Shown in pieces: positions 13,876-26,986 of a stretch of DNA of 64,000 bases. Under the pieces are notes generated by a model. The model searched no databases. It was not told where the DNA came from and saw only the letters and a list, made by a program, of their open reading frames with translations. A program made the position numbers and the translations under genes. The number at the start of each line of letters is the position of its first letter. Position 1 is the stretch's first letter. Location of the stretch: the NCBI RefSeq assembly GCF_006345805.1, contig NC_043005.1, forward strand, positions 66,960,001 through 67,024,000, in the 5' to 3' direction. Origin of the DNA: Octopus sinensis (taxonomy: Eukaryota).

Positions 13876-13920
13876 TAATAATAATAATAATAATAATAGC
13901 AACAACAACAACAACAACAA
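13790..13920. repeat. (AAT)/(AGT)/(AAC) compound microsatellite
   Basis: Direct reading. Confidence 0.97.
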
Positions 13921-15287
13921 CTTGAAGAAGAATAGCGCGATGCGATTTGTAATAATGATTGATTCTTTTTATTGAACGGATTGAACGATATTTCGACAGA
14001 TTGTGTGTCTTCCTCCATGTCAAAATGTAAAATTAGAAAAATAAATGCCAAAACAAAAAAGAGAGAAAGAAACGCAGAAACACAGGAATTGAAAATATGT
14101 ACGAGGAAATCCTGCATCCGCTTTCACTTTTTCAGAACTGGTAACAAGGAAAGAGAAAAAAGAAGACAAGAAAGAGACTACTTCGTCAGTTTTGTGTAAA
14201 TGCGATGACAATCACATCATTTTATTCATTCCTTCAGCGCGTGTCTTATGCAGTTCACAAATATATTTCTCCTCATGCATTTGGAGTACTGAGAATGTAG
14301 TAGAATCAGGATATATTCTTGAACTGTGCACTTTCAGGTGTTCCTAAGAAGTATAACCGTTCAATATGAAATGTTCAGCAAGTTCCGTTGAACTAATGCT
14401 ATTAGCGAACATTACACATCAAAAGCCTGTAGAGTATGGGCCATAAGCTAACCGTCCCAATATGAATTATATCTTTGTTACTGCACTACGCAGCCGTCAC
14501 TTAAACCCATCGAACAATCTCTGTGCGCTCGTGTTTCAGCAAAGTCTCCTTTATTCTGATAACACATTTTTGTTTTTCCGGCCGATGAAATGTTTGAGAG
14601 GCTAATCTAATTGTTCTCTTTAGTTTGAATTCACTACAAGCTGACGATGGATACTAATTTGACCCGGAAAGATTTCCGCACCGGGAGGACAAGAAATGAT
14701 ACTAATAACCTACCATATAACCATTTGATGTCTATAGGAAAATTGAAATTATGTGCAAAAGTCGAAACATCCAATTTCTTTGTCGTAGATATTCCGTATG
14801 AAAGAATGTGTCGAAAAGATAGGTACCTCTTAAATGCTTCCCCATAAATAATGATGAATGGTTTTAATAAAATATCTCAATAGACACATAACTAGCAAAG
14901 GGGAGGATAGGCAATAACGAATTGAGTAAGAGACTAGTTTCTCCGGAGAAAAGAGAAAACCTATTTGGGAAAACCTTGTTCAACCTCAGCAAAAATAATT
15001 TCCGTTATAAAGTGAAATGTCTAGGATTCAGTTTTCTCGAAGGAATAAAGAGAGGTAAGAAGTTATTTGTAATATTGGCAGAAGTTTAAGATCAAAATTT
15101 GTCCGTGACGAAGGGGGAATGATATTATGGTCCAAATAAGAAGTGTCGTCTTTGTGAAACCACTGTAGATGATTATAACACGTATAATCTGCGTCTTATC
15201 GTAAAAGATATAAGACGAAATAAATCTGACTTCTACCTTACATTTGTGTTACCAGTTATGAGATAAGTGCAGCATATCTTTTCTTCA

Positions 15288-15761
15288 AAATACTGATAGG
15301 GCACAAGAAGTGTGTTAGTAACCAGGTGGAGATGTCTTCCTGGGGCTACAAGCTACAGTAGCATCAACCCTTAAGGGTTAACCACATTTAAGTGGCAAAT
15401 ATACTTCACGATGTCGTGCAGCTACTGTTTATACCACGCTCAGAGATTTATTATTCCTTGTTTCCACTTTTTCGACACTAGTGACTTTCGTCACTGGAAA
15501 AAAGTTTATATATATTTGGATTGAGAACCCATCGCCAACCGGTGGTTGTCACACGTTGATGACGGGTCAATATTCAGAAACTCTGGTCCGTGTGTATCTC
15601 GTCAGGCTGGAGATGGGAAAGATGACTTCCCTTTGCAAATACTGATAGGGCAGAGAAAGTGTGTCAAAAGCCTGCTGGAGGAGATGTCTTTTTAGGGTTA
15701 CAAGGTACAGTAGCATCAACCGTTAAGGGTTAGCCACATTTAGGAGGCAAATATACTTCAC
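15288..15761 (-). repeat. Two diverged direct copies (15288-15409, 15637-15761) of a ~122-bp repeat
   Basis: aaatactgatagggca...tacagtagcatcaacc.ttaagggtta.ccacattta...ggcaaatatacttcac occurs twice, 349 bp apart. Confidence 0.85.
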
Positions 15762-16924
15762 AAATACTTTAAAACTTTTTGCTTTTATTTACGCTAAAAC
15801 TCGTCAAAAATAGACTTTAATTAGAAATTATTAACATAACTAGTTACGGTTAATAGATAGTTCAAATTATAACTTAATTATTGGTGAAAAAACACCCCGC
15901 CCTCCATTTGTTTGTCATTAGTTAATGCTGAAGGAGTGTATCTTCTAAGAAGAGCTCTGTGAAACGTGATCGTTTAGAGCTAACTACAGTAATAATGACA
16001 ATGATGATTATGAAGATAGTATTGCATTTGCAAAACGATTAAACAGAAAAATGTACCGCATTAATGGAAGAAAACCAAATATATGACAAGATGAAATTAA
16101 AAAGGCAAAATAAAATGAAATGAAGGAGCATTATAAGCGACAGTGGTAACTGATATTTCTATCACTGCTAAAAGTAGAAAATGGCATATATCTTAAGCAA
16201 GGGAGTTATAAAAGTCAATAGCAATGACATTAATACAAGATACATTATTCAGTTTGAGATTATGAATATTCATGAAATGCTAAATATAAAATTAAGAAAT
16301 ATTGAAGATTTTGAGTAAGGGGGAAAATTAGACAAACAGAAGCGAAGACATGAGTAATAAATAATACAAATGGCAATAGGGTGCTGTAGAAGCTAATATA
16401 AACAGCGCAGTTACCTGCCATTGTCATAATACTGAACAGGAGAGCTACTTTCAATTAGTTAGCCTTTAGCTAGTGTGGAATATTACAATATCATTTTCAA
16501 ACAAGTAATAAGCTGCATCAACATCTTACTATTATTATTGTCATGTTCTTAGCTTTTGTTACATGAGAGCATACGTATGAATAGAAATGTAAGCAAGAAC
16601 GTTTTAACTGTTCATATTTTTTCTGTAGGATAATTGACAGGATGAAGTGTTGCAAATTTTGTCGGAGATACTTTATGTAGTGGCTTATTAAATAAAATCT
16701 TTTGTTGAAAATCAGAAACAAATTAACAGAGAGTACGTTTGAATGAAGAACTTAACAGAAGAAATTGCTGTATAACAACCGAGTTAAATGAGATCTGCCA
16801 ATGGTTATACGTACATATTTCCTGTACCTCAAAAATGTGATTCAATATTTGCTTCACATTCTTGCACATGGCCAGAAATTTCGAGAGAGAAGATAAGTCG
16901 ATTACATACAGCCCAGTGTTCAAC

Positions 16925-17062
16925 GGGTAACTATTTTATGGACCTCGAAAGTATAAAATGGAAATACAATCTCGGCGGAATTTGAACCCACAACTTTAAG
17001 ACGAATGAAATACCGCTAAGCATTTTTCCCGGTGTGCTAACGATACAGCCTGCTCGTAGCCT
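16925..17062 (-). mobile_element. tRNA-derived SINE (second family), minus-strand copy
   Basis: Reverse complement has aaggc..gagc.ggc...atcgttagcac.ccgg head and B-box gggttcaaattcc; homologous to 17092, 17304 and 51760 copies. Confidence 0.8.
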
Positions 17063-17091
17063 TATATTGTCTTCCCCTACTATAAAATTAA

Positions 17092-17290
17092 CAGAGGCTG
17101 TGAGCCGGTAGAATCGTTAGCACGCCGGATAAAACGCTCGGTGGAATTTCGTCCATCTTTACGTTTTGGATTCAAATTCCGTGGACGTGAGCTTTGCTTT
17201 AATCCCTCTACGAGTTGATGACTTCAGGCGATGTATTCAATTTGCGCTTCCCCGAATTCGCTGGTCTTGTGCCATAATTTGAAACCAATA
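17092..17290 (+). mobile_element. tRNA-derived SINE (second family)
   Basis: agaatcgttagcacgccgg...ggattcaaattcc...tgtgccataatttgaaaccaata. Confidence 0.8.
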
Positions 17291-17303
17291 GTACTAAATT
17301 AAC

Positions 17304-17515
17304 AAAGGCGGTGATCTGGCAGAATCGTTAGTATGCAAGGACAAATACATAGCGGCATTTCGTTCCTGTTCAAGTTTACATTCCGTCGAGACAGGCCTTG
17401 CATTATATCCTGCTGGAATCGATAAAATAAGTGCCAGTTAAAAATGGAGTCGGTATGAACGACTTACTTCTTCCCGAAATTACTGGACTCGTGCTGGCTC
17501 TGAAATCAATATTAC
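17304..17515 (+). mobile_element. tRNA-derived SINE (second family), tandem copy
   Basis: aaggcggtgatctggcagaatcgttag...gataaaataagtgccagtt...gaaatcaatatt. Confidence 0.75.
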
Positions 17516-18469
17516 TAAATTAATATAAATACTTGTAACCTTCTGAATCTCTTCTCTCTTTTGCAAATACAATTGTAGTTCGAAAGCCATATCTATTTTT
17601 GACTGAAAACCATTTTAGTTATAAAGAATATAATTTTTGGAACTTTGAAAAGAAAGAGAAGAAGGTTTTAAATTAATACAGGACAGTATTAAACAGGAAA
17701 GGAGAAAGTCGTAAAGTGACTGGTACAGGAAGTGAAGATCGGGTGCGAAGAGAAATGGAATTTGGTCTGTGGGAGTGTTTGTGTAAGAGGCAACAATGCG
17801 GTAGTTTTGCTGATAGATTGAAATCAGTGGTGACAGCTTCTATGACTGAATAGGAGAGGCCACATGTAAAGAAGTGATATTCAAATTTGTGTTTCTAAAT
17901 GTGGCTATGGATAATGGACATAGCATATGTGAAATGAGAAGATCTATAATTGAAACTCGAATGAGTGTCGGCAGAGAGAAAATAACTTCTGAAATGTGAA
18001 AGTAACTGACAAATATGGTCATGACAACAGAGATGAATTCTGGGGGAATAATACCGCTGTTAATGAAGAGTATAAAGTAAGATCAATTCTGGGAAAAGAA
18101 TTAGCACCAATGTGCTTAGCGATCTAAGTGTTTATATTGTAGGATTGACCCAGAGAGTTGTCTAAATGTTTGATCTTTAGATGGTTGAACAATAGACTAT
18201 AATAATTTTAACTAATGTTAGTGTGTATAGCTTTCACCGATAACTGTAGATGAAGCCTTTGGGATGGAGAACAAGGTTTAATTATTATGTAATCGCAGTC
18301 TATAATCTGTAAGAAGTTTCACTTTAATAAACGATTGTTTCAAATTCGTCATTAGGCGCCATTAGCAGTATAGAGCAATAGAGCAGATTATATCATTATT
18401 GAGAATCAGAAAGATATATTATATTCATTCTACCCAACACAGCCTGTAAGTCTGTTGCTTCCTCTCTCT

Positions 18470-18547
18470 TACATACATAATACGTACATACATACATACA
18501 TACATACATACATACATACATACATACATACATACATACATACATAC

Positions 18548-18578
<31 letters not shown>

Positions 18579-18580
18579 CA
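18470..18580. repeat. (TACA)n microsatellite
   Basis: Direct reading. Confidence 0.97.
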
Positions 18581-18619
18581 CCCACCTCATTAGCAGCTAC
18601 CACAAAATGTAGATGATAA

Positions 18620-19080
18620 CTGTGTGATATAGCTAATAAGACTATTTACAATGATATCCTCATGGAGTGCGGTCCTAAGGTATCCATCAAAAACATGTCA
18701 AGACCAGCAAGTATTCACACTTTTAAAAACAAGGAATACTGGTGGAAGACCCCAATAAAAACACCAATTCGGTGCAAACCTTACAGACGTGATATTGTTA
18801 TGTGGACTAGAAACAAAAGTCATCAAATGCTGCCCAACGGATGCGACTGTAAGGAAAAAGTGAACATTTATGGCGAATTATTGCGGTCATACACCATTTC
18901 TACCTAACATCATAGGATCATTAGTGTATGTACCAACATAAACCTAGAAATACTCAGAATCTCCAAATCCAGTTTATTAGTGGAACAGTGAAGAATTGTA
19001 ACACATTCCAAAAATTCTCCATCTGAGATTCTTATGTAAATAGATGCACATAACGACTTAAATATATTCTTTAACCTTAT
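18620..19080 (+). mobile_element. Degraded restriction-like-endonuclease LINE fragment (R4/Dong or related clade)
   Basis: KEYWWKTPIKTPIRCKPYRRDIVMW...CP.D...KEKVNIYGEL resembles the WD.PIKT..NRPDIV...P.D...KE.EK...Y..L PD-(D/E)xK motif. Confidence 0.55.
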
Positions 19081-19114
19081 AAAACAAGCCTTCTGTAGTT
19101 TTTTCACTCTTTTC

Positions 19115-19153
<39 letters not shown>

Positions 19154-21404
19154 GTGCGAGTACATATCAACCCAATAACGTTTCTTTTCTGCTACAGACG
19201 GTGTGATTGCCTGTTTGTGGAATGCTTCCCTTCAAACAATCAACTTTAACTTACTGAAACACACATACTTCACCGATTTAAGTTAAGTCCATTTTCCGTT
19301 TATCCTACTACATTGAATGAGGCAAACGTTATTCATCATTGTTTGTGTTACGTGAAAAATCGTTATCGATATAGCAGTAATGCTTGAGAAGATGAAAATA
19401 TGTTGGAGAATTCTTATACATCGAAATATTCATAATTGATTCTTATTTGCAAACAATGATAACATTTTCTCTTGAGCATTAATTTTGAGACTTTAATAGT
19501 CATCCCTTATTCTTTCGTAAGGCTAACAATGGTTGTTAGGGATTTTTGTTTTCCTCATCAATTAATTAACGATAATGTCCTTCTCTTGCTGTATGTCGCT
19601 TTCATTTCACACTAGGCAATCTTATTGACTGAATTGATAGGAGCCATTTTCTTACTTTCCATCATATCTTATTCACACCAGAACGGAAAGTATTTACCGC
19701 TAATTCTATAATTATTTTAGTGCATTAACCATTTTACAATCAGTTGTAATTGTGAAAATTTATAGACAAACAGAACAATGGCTTCAAGAAATTAGCTTTC
19801 ATTTCATTCAATATATTTTATTTTATTTTATTCCTTAATGTCTGTAAAACACATTTCTAAATAGCACTAATTGCTACGAATTTTATACACCAAATGTCTC
19901 AAAATATAAGCAGATTAAACCCCAACGTTTATCATCTTATCAAAAAGAGAAAACAAACAAACTGTTTAATCTACTTCAGCTCCAAGAATTTAAGCAAGGA
20001 AACGCAGAAGAGAAATGTAGAAATATAACTGATGATTTCATTCAAATTCTTTGTTTATGTGTACATTTAGATAGATAGAGGCCTCACAACCAAGCTTACA
20101 TACCAGTTCATGTTTGACCCTATGCATCATTCAGGAAAATAATGTAAGACAGGTTTCTTTTAGCAGTTATTAAAAGTGTTTCAAATACTTATATAATCAT
20201 AATCAATGAGGTTCAGTGAGAATTTATGTGATGTATAGACAGCCTCGACAAGGAAAGTGTTAAATTTGTTTCATAGAGGTAATTGAGCGAAACATGATCA
20301 TGAAAACCTATTAATGGCATCACATTTCTGTAAGTATCCATGAAGTAATCTCAATGGAAAATATGCACTGCTCGTGAAAACTAATTCAATGTGACACTTG
20401 TACAATTGTTGCCGTTTAGCGACTGGCAGTCTTTAGTAACTGATTACTCTTACTAACTTAGAAGGTAAAAGAATATACACACACGCACACACAGACACAC
20501 TCGCAAGACTTGCGGACGTGTGTGTTTGTACGAGAAACCAGCATTTACAATTCGAAATTATTTTACATAGTTTAACGGCGGCTATTATCCTATTTTCATT
20601 ATATATTCCGACTACAAATATATGCGAACGTACACCCTATTTGACTCCTTGCCAAAATCAATATAATTATAAGACTGTTCTCATTACAAGAAGTAATCGA
20701 TATTGCCGTTAAAGTTGCCTGAATAATGCGGAAAAACCATCAGGGGCAGTATTTTGAAACTGATGAACATACAACTGCATTCTACAATTCGCAAATCGTC
20801 TAAAATATTCTTTAACATATTATATAAGTATTGCCACTTTACTTTTGTATTCTGTATGCATGCATATCTTACCATATTTACCCTATGTATCACTCAGTAT
20901 GCTTTTTGTTTTGACTTTCTATTTATTTCGTTTACTATCTTTCGTAACTTATCTTTTTCTTTATATATCTGTCGCAATGAAGAACAAATGATTTGATAAT
21001 AACTAATTGCGAGATATCAAGATTAGCCACTCAAGACTAAAATTAATTTTCTGCATAACTTTGATCCAAATCAAGAAGAACAATGGCTTTGTGCATCACA
21101 CAATCTGGAAAAAGAATCGCTTCGTAGCCGCAGATTTTCTAAAATATGAAAATATCATCCATTTTAGTTCATAACAATGAGACTTCTTCAGGCAATACAA
21201 CATTTCTACTTTATTTACCAACTTTCCATGCACCGCATCTCCGCACATGCTAATTAATTATTCTTCATAATCGCCTTAGGAGTGCCATTTCGTGGAAATA
21301 CACGTCGAGTGCAAAAATCCGAGTTGACTGGAGGTGATAATATTCCTTGAGTTACCGCGAGGAATTCCTGCTTTCCGATGAAAGTCATTAAGCTCTCCAG
21401 CACT

Positions 21405-21454
21405 TGAATATCTCTTTCTCTCTCTTCCTCTCTGTATCTCTCTCTGCATGTATG

Positions 21455-21525
<71 letters not shown>

Positions 21526-21612
21526 CATAGACACATACACCTCAACACATACACATACACACACACAAATACAATACATATATTCATATATATATATATA
21601 TATATATATAAC
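21405..21612. repeat. (CT)/(TA)/(CA) compound microsatellite
   Basis: Direct reading. Confidence 0.95.
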
Positions 21613-22749
21613 GCTTGCTAAATATTTGTAATATGAATAAAAAGATACATATACTCATATTTTTTCTTACATTTTCCTTTGTTGCATCGTCATATATCTA
21701 TATATTCAGGTTCCTAGGTGCATACCATTGTAGATCCCATTCGTAAATACTGTGAAACAAACACTGCGAAGCCGACGCACTTGTAACCTCTTAGAAGTAT
21801 TGTAAACACAAAATGTTTCTCCAACACCACGAATCTCTCTCTCCTTTCTTAGTGCCCTACCCTTCAATTCCATTTCGAGGGAAACTAGATCTGCTAACAA
21901 TTGGAACTACTGTATCACTGACCAATGGGACACTTAGGCTCGGAAAATATTCTGACACACGAACCTCTAAGTAAAATTCTTAAATCTACATTGTCTGCAT
22001 TTCTCTAGTAACTTATTAGATCACATTATATGCTGAAAAATATGTATCTAAACAACAACCTGTGTATCGTGTATGCTTCAATACCCTTTCGCCTTTCTAT
22101 GCAAACAAACTACATTCATTATTCCTTCCAAATCTTTGGCACGAAGAATCGCCTATATGCGAACGAGTGACTTCCCGCTCTATTCAGAGAGACGCATTAA
22201 ACCTGCAAAAGTCTCCTGTTGATCTTATTTCTATAAACAATGAAAACGACATTGGAAGTATGAAGAAAATATGATAGAATCTCTCTCTTTTAACATTTAC
22301 AACAGAAAACTTGAATCGTCACAATCGCTTTAAAAGCAAGATTCCAATCATCACTGAAGAAATTTTCAGGCAAACGCACATGCTTAACATTGCTTAGTCT
22401 CTATTACAAAGGAAAATCTTCGAGCTCCGATCGAGAAAATAATTCAACACATGAATGTTTCCATATTTGTACAGCAGTGAATGTAATGTTTCCCTAGGTT
22501 TTATTGAATGATAGTGTAAATTTTCTTAACAATAGGATGTATTGTAACAATGGGATATATATTGCACACACATACACACGCATACGCACAAACACACACA
22601 CACACACACACATGCAAATATATATGTATATATTTATGTGTGTGTGTATCTATATATATATTTGTGTGTGTGTAAATTTAAAATAATAAGGATGAAAAAT
22701 TGAATATAAATTTGATTAATATAAATTTAAAATCAGTGGACTAGCATGC

Positions 22750-23229
<480 letters not shown>

Positions 23230-23234
23230 GTGAG

Positions 23235-23366
23235 ATTTTACAAAAACCAACAAAGACATAAATGGGTGTATAAACAACAAACAGATGTATTAGTTTAACG
23301 CTCGGGAAGTGAGAAAGACTTTTACGTTTCGAGCCTACGCCCTTCGACGTAAAGGAACACAGACAT
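23235..23366 (-). mobile_element. Short microsatellite-associated repeat with a degenerate minimal hammerhead-like motif (possibly from a Penelope-like element)
   Basis: Minus strand reads CUUU-ACGUCGA-A-GGGC(GUAG)GCUC-GAAACGUA-AAAG; partial inverted copy at 24006-24036. Confidence 0.45.
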
Positions 23367-23907
23367 TCAAAGGTCAATCACAAAAAAGATAGATGGCATG
23401 TCAGACCTTGACTACTGGGGTAGACTAGAGAAGCTGAAACTGCATTCACTCCAACGACGCCGTGAACGCTACATTATCTGTATGATGTGGAAAATATTCC
23501 ATCAGCACTGTCTAAATGATGTTGGCATCACCTTCAGAATACATCCAAGGCTTGGCCCACGTGCCATCCGTCCACAACAGAAATCTAAATCGCATCACAT
23601 AGCGACAATACGGCACAACTATTTCACCTCAATTGGACCCGCTCTCTTCAACATTACACCAGGACACGTCAAAAAAGAAACTGACCACACAAAATTCAAG
23701 AAGTCTTTGGACAAATTCCTTCAAACAGTCCCGGAGAAAGCACCCACACCCGAATATGTCTCTACAAACAATAACTCTCTGCTCGAATGGGCCTTGGTGC
23801 CCAAATCCTGAATTGAAAGACTTCGCCAGGTGATGCTATTAAGTTAGACATGGCCTGGGCCAATACTGGCGAAAACCTTTCTAAGTTATTCTAAGTTCTA
23901 AGTTATT
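23367..23907 (+). mobile_element. CR1-like LINE 3' end with uninterrupted ORF and short tandem-repeat tail
   Basis: QRSITKKIDGMSDLDYWGRLEKLKLHSLQRRRERYIICMMWKI...GPALFNI...FKKSLDKFL..VP; tail of ctaagtt(att) repeats. Confidence 0.85.
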
Positions 23908-24228
<321 letters not shown>

Positions 24229-24469
24229 ATTTCATAGCGAATCCTACATTCCTATTCTTTCAACTGTTTCTGAATTTACCATTAAACGTCACAGATTTCG
24301 GATTTGTAAATGCTGTGTGACTTTTTTCTTCCAGCTTTTCTCCTTTTGAGTTTGCTTTTCATTCTTTCGCAATCGGTGAAATATATAACCCCTCAAGTAC
24401 TGGTTTGATAATATAAACTGTGTACTCTCCTTGTAATTGCTATGTTTGTGACTTAATCTGAAGTTGATA

Positions 24470-24551
24470 TTATTATTGTTTTTGTTCTTTTTGTTCTTGT
24501 AGTTCTGTTATTGTTGTTGTTGCTGCTACTGTTGTTGTTGTTGTTGTCCTT

Positions 24552-24649
<98 letters not shown>

Positions 24650-24660
24650 CAACAACAGCA
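24470..24660. repeat. (TTG)-rich then (AAT)/(AAC) compound microsatellite
   Basis: Direct reading. Confidence 0.95.
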
Positions 24661-24664
24661 ATAA

Positions 24665-25222
24665 AATGTCCCTGACGTAGAACTAGGCACTGGCTCTCAT
24701 GGCTTCTGATCTTAACTGATTCGAAGTGTTATCATATACATTGTTTCGTCTTGATATAAAAGATGGACTACAGCAAATATCCTGCTCTATACCACAGATT
24801 TGCTTGTCAGTTGTTTGACTTTAACCAGTTGAGCATGTCCTTTGATGGCTGACGGCATAAGCTTCTCTGATCACGAGCAGAACTTGTGGGGGAGCAACAT
24901 AGGCATGTGTTGGGAGGAATTCTTTGGAGTTTGAATAATTCACCTCTGGCAACATGGATATTTCGTTTAACATCCTTAAACAACCCTTAATCAAGGGCCA
25001 TTGAGCGACATGGGCTACTCGACCTGAAGAAAATTCTAACTGGGTCCCATCTGCAAGGTCATACGCTGTTTATCTTAATATGAGATTACAATGTTGTGCA
25101 CATATGGTTGTGACGCTTGTGTCTGGTGTACCCTTATCAGACAAGTAGTCATGATGGTTATTCTGGGCTTCATATATTTTACCTCACTGTCACTTTGTTG
25201 GCATGCACTGCTCTCTCACGCA
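24665..25222. mobile_element. Non-coding ~560-bp AAT-embedded repeat family, copy 3 (longest)
   Basis: Homologous to 6341, 7141 and 51980 copies; (AAT)n on both sides. Confidence 0.8.
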
Positions 25223-25223
25223 C

Positions 25224-25297
<74 letters not shown>

Positions 25298-25299
25298 TT

Positions 25300-25552
25300 T
25301 AGCATAATAATATCTGGAAATGGAGGTAACTTAATGTGGAGGCAAAAACCAATACAATTCCTATCATTTTAGGCGCATTAGTTATGATAAAAAATATCCA
25401 AATACATAACCAAAACATCAAGACTAACAAGCATGTTTAACATACAGAACATGATACAACTAGACACCGCACACAGGCTACGTGAAACACTTTTAATACA
25501 GTAAAAATAAGATCATCACAACAAACCACAGGGCATACCCATTGACCGCACG
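25300..25552 (+). mobile_element. R4/Dong-like 3' end fragment
   Basis: TIPIILGAL...IQNMIQLDTAHRLRETL plus UTR atcacaacaaaccacagggcatacc, also seen at about 52747. Confidence 0.7.
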
Positions 25553-26265
25553 TGATAACAAGAAACAAAAAAATATCAGAGCAATAAACACATGGGTTGT
25601 TTCCTTAATGTGATATGGCGCAGGTCTTGCTAGGTAGACAAAGAACGGTCTTGAGGAAATGGACAAGAAAACCAGAAAATGGATGACTATTACCAAAGAA
25701 CTACGCCCAAAAAGCAATATTCACAGATTGTATGTGCCAAGGAACAAGGGAGGAATTGGTTTCATAAGATGCAAAATATGTGTTGTCAACGAGTAGAACA
25801 GTCTGGTATGGTGCATCAGAGTGAATCCTTACTTACTGGTGTTAGACTTAACAATACAATGCCTACCGAAAATGCGATGCACCCACAGACATTTACGAAA
25901 CAAGATGGAGGAAAAAGAATAAAGAATTGGAAAATTAAATAACTGCATGTGTAATAACTCAGAGAAATGGAAGGAAAATTGAAGATGAACACTTGGAGAT
26001 AGCTAAGAAAAAGTGATGTGAAAGGTTGCACTGATGTTTGATACGCAGAGCCCAGGAGCAAACTCTGAGAGCTAATTACGCAAACGTCGAAATAGATAAG
26101 AGCAGCGAATTGGCCCTTTTGTAGGATATGTGGCAACAAATATTGTGAGTGAGTGTAAAAGCTGGCGCAAAAACACTACAAAAGGATACACGATACGTCA
26201 GGTGTGAGCAAGGAAGTGGTACGGACATGAACCAGAATGACTCACCAAGAACAATGAACATAAAA
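25553..26265 (+). mobile_element. R4/Dong-like RT C-terminus and CCHC fragment
   Basis: IRAINTWVVSLM.YGAG, EMDKKTRKWMT..LRPKSNIHRLYVPRNKGG, RAQEQTLRANY, LCRICG..IVSEC..LAQKHYKR. Confidence 0.85.
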
Positions 26266-26272
26266 TAAAGTA

Positions 26273-26377
<105 letters not shown>

Positions 26378-26544
26378 GTTTATATCTATATCTGTATGCA
26401 TTACATAAATATTGAACACTGAGAATTATCACTCAACATTGTATTCATGGATAGAAATTCTTTATTTTGAAGATTAAGGCTACCATTTTTTCCATGTTAA
26501 GGAAGACCTAATATATATATATATTATATATATATTATATATAT

Positions 26545-26734
26545 AGACGAGGTCAGAATAGTACTGAAAGATTATTGTTCGTCACGGACAAATGAATTTT
26601 GGAAGAGGGTCTATGCAAGTCTGCCAGAAGAGCCTTGTAGAAAAGGAAGGACGATATATTTTAGATTAAAATAGAAATTTTCTGATCGTTTGAAAAATAA
26701 AAGAATAAAAAAAACATTCAGTATGGGATGACCC

Positions 26735-26738
<4 letters not shown>
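26545..26738 (+). mobile_element. Mariner-like transposon 3' end (transposase C-terminus and putative TIR)
   Basis: DEVRIVLKDY..SRTNEFWKR...LPE..EG.YILD* across frameshifts; ends tatgggatgacccataata next to (TA)n. Confidence 0.6.
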
Positions 26739-26812
<74 letters not shown>

Positions 26813-26865
26813 CAATAACTAGACAGATACTAGATAAGCAGGTAGATAACAGATACATATATAGA

Positions 26866-26915
<50 letters not shown>

Positions 26916-26949
26916 GTGTGTGTGTGTGTGGTGTGTGTGTGTGTGTGTG

Positions 26950-26985
<36 letters not shown>
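26737..26985. repeat. (TA)/(GA)/(GT) compound microsatellite
   Basis: Direct reading. Confidence 0.95.

Positions 26986-26986
<1 letters not shown>

Noticed and set aside
13920-14117. Minus ORF with MEEDTQSVEISFNPFNKK as a first exon
   Set aside because: Runs into a microsatellite with no good donor; no recognisable family.
15363-15385. piggyBac footprint (CCC-TTAA-GGG-TTAA)
   Set aside because: Lies inside a dispersed repeat, is imperfect in the second copy, and no piggyBac sequence is nearby.
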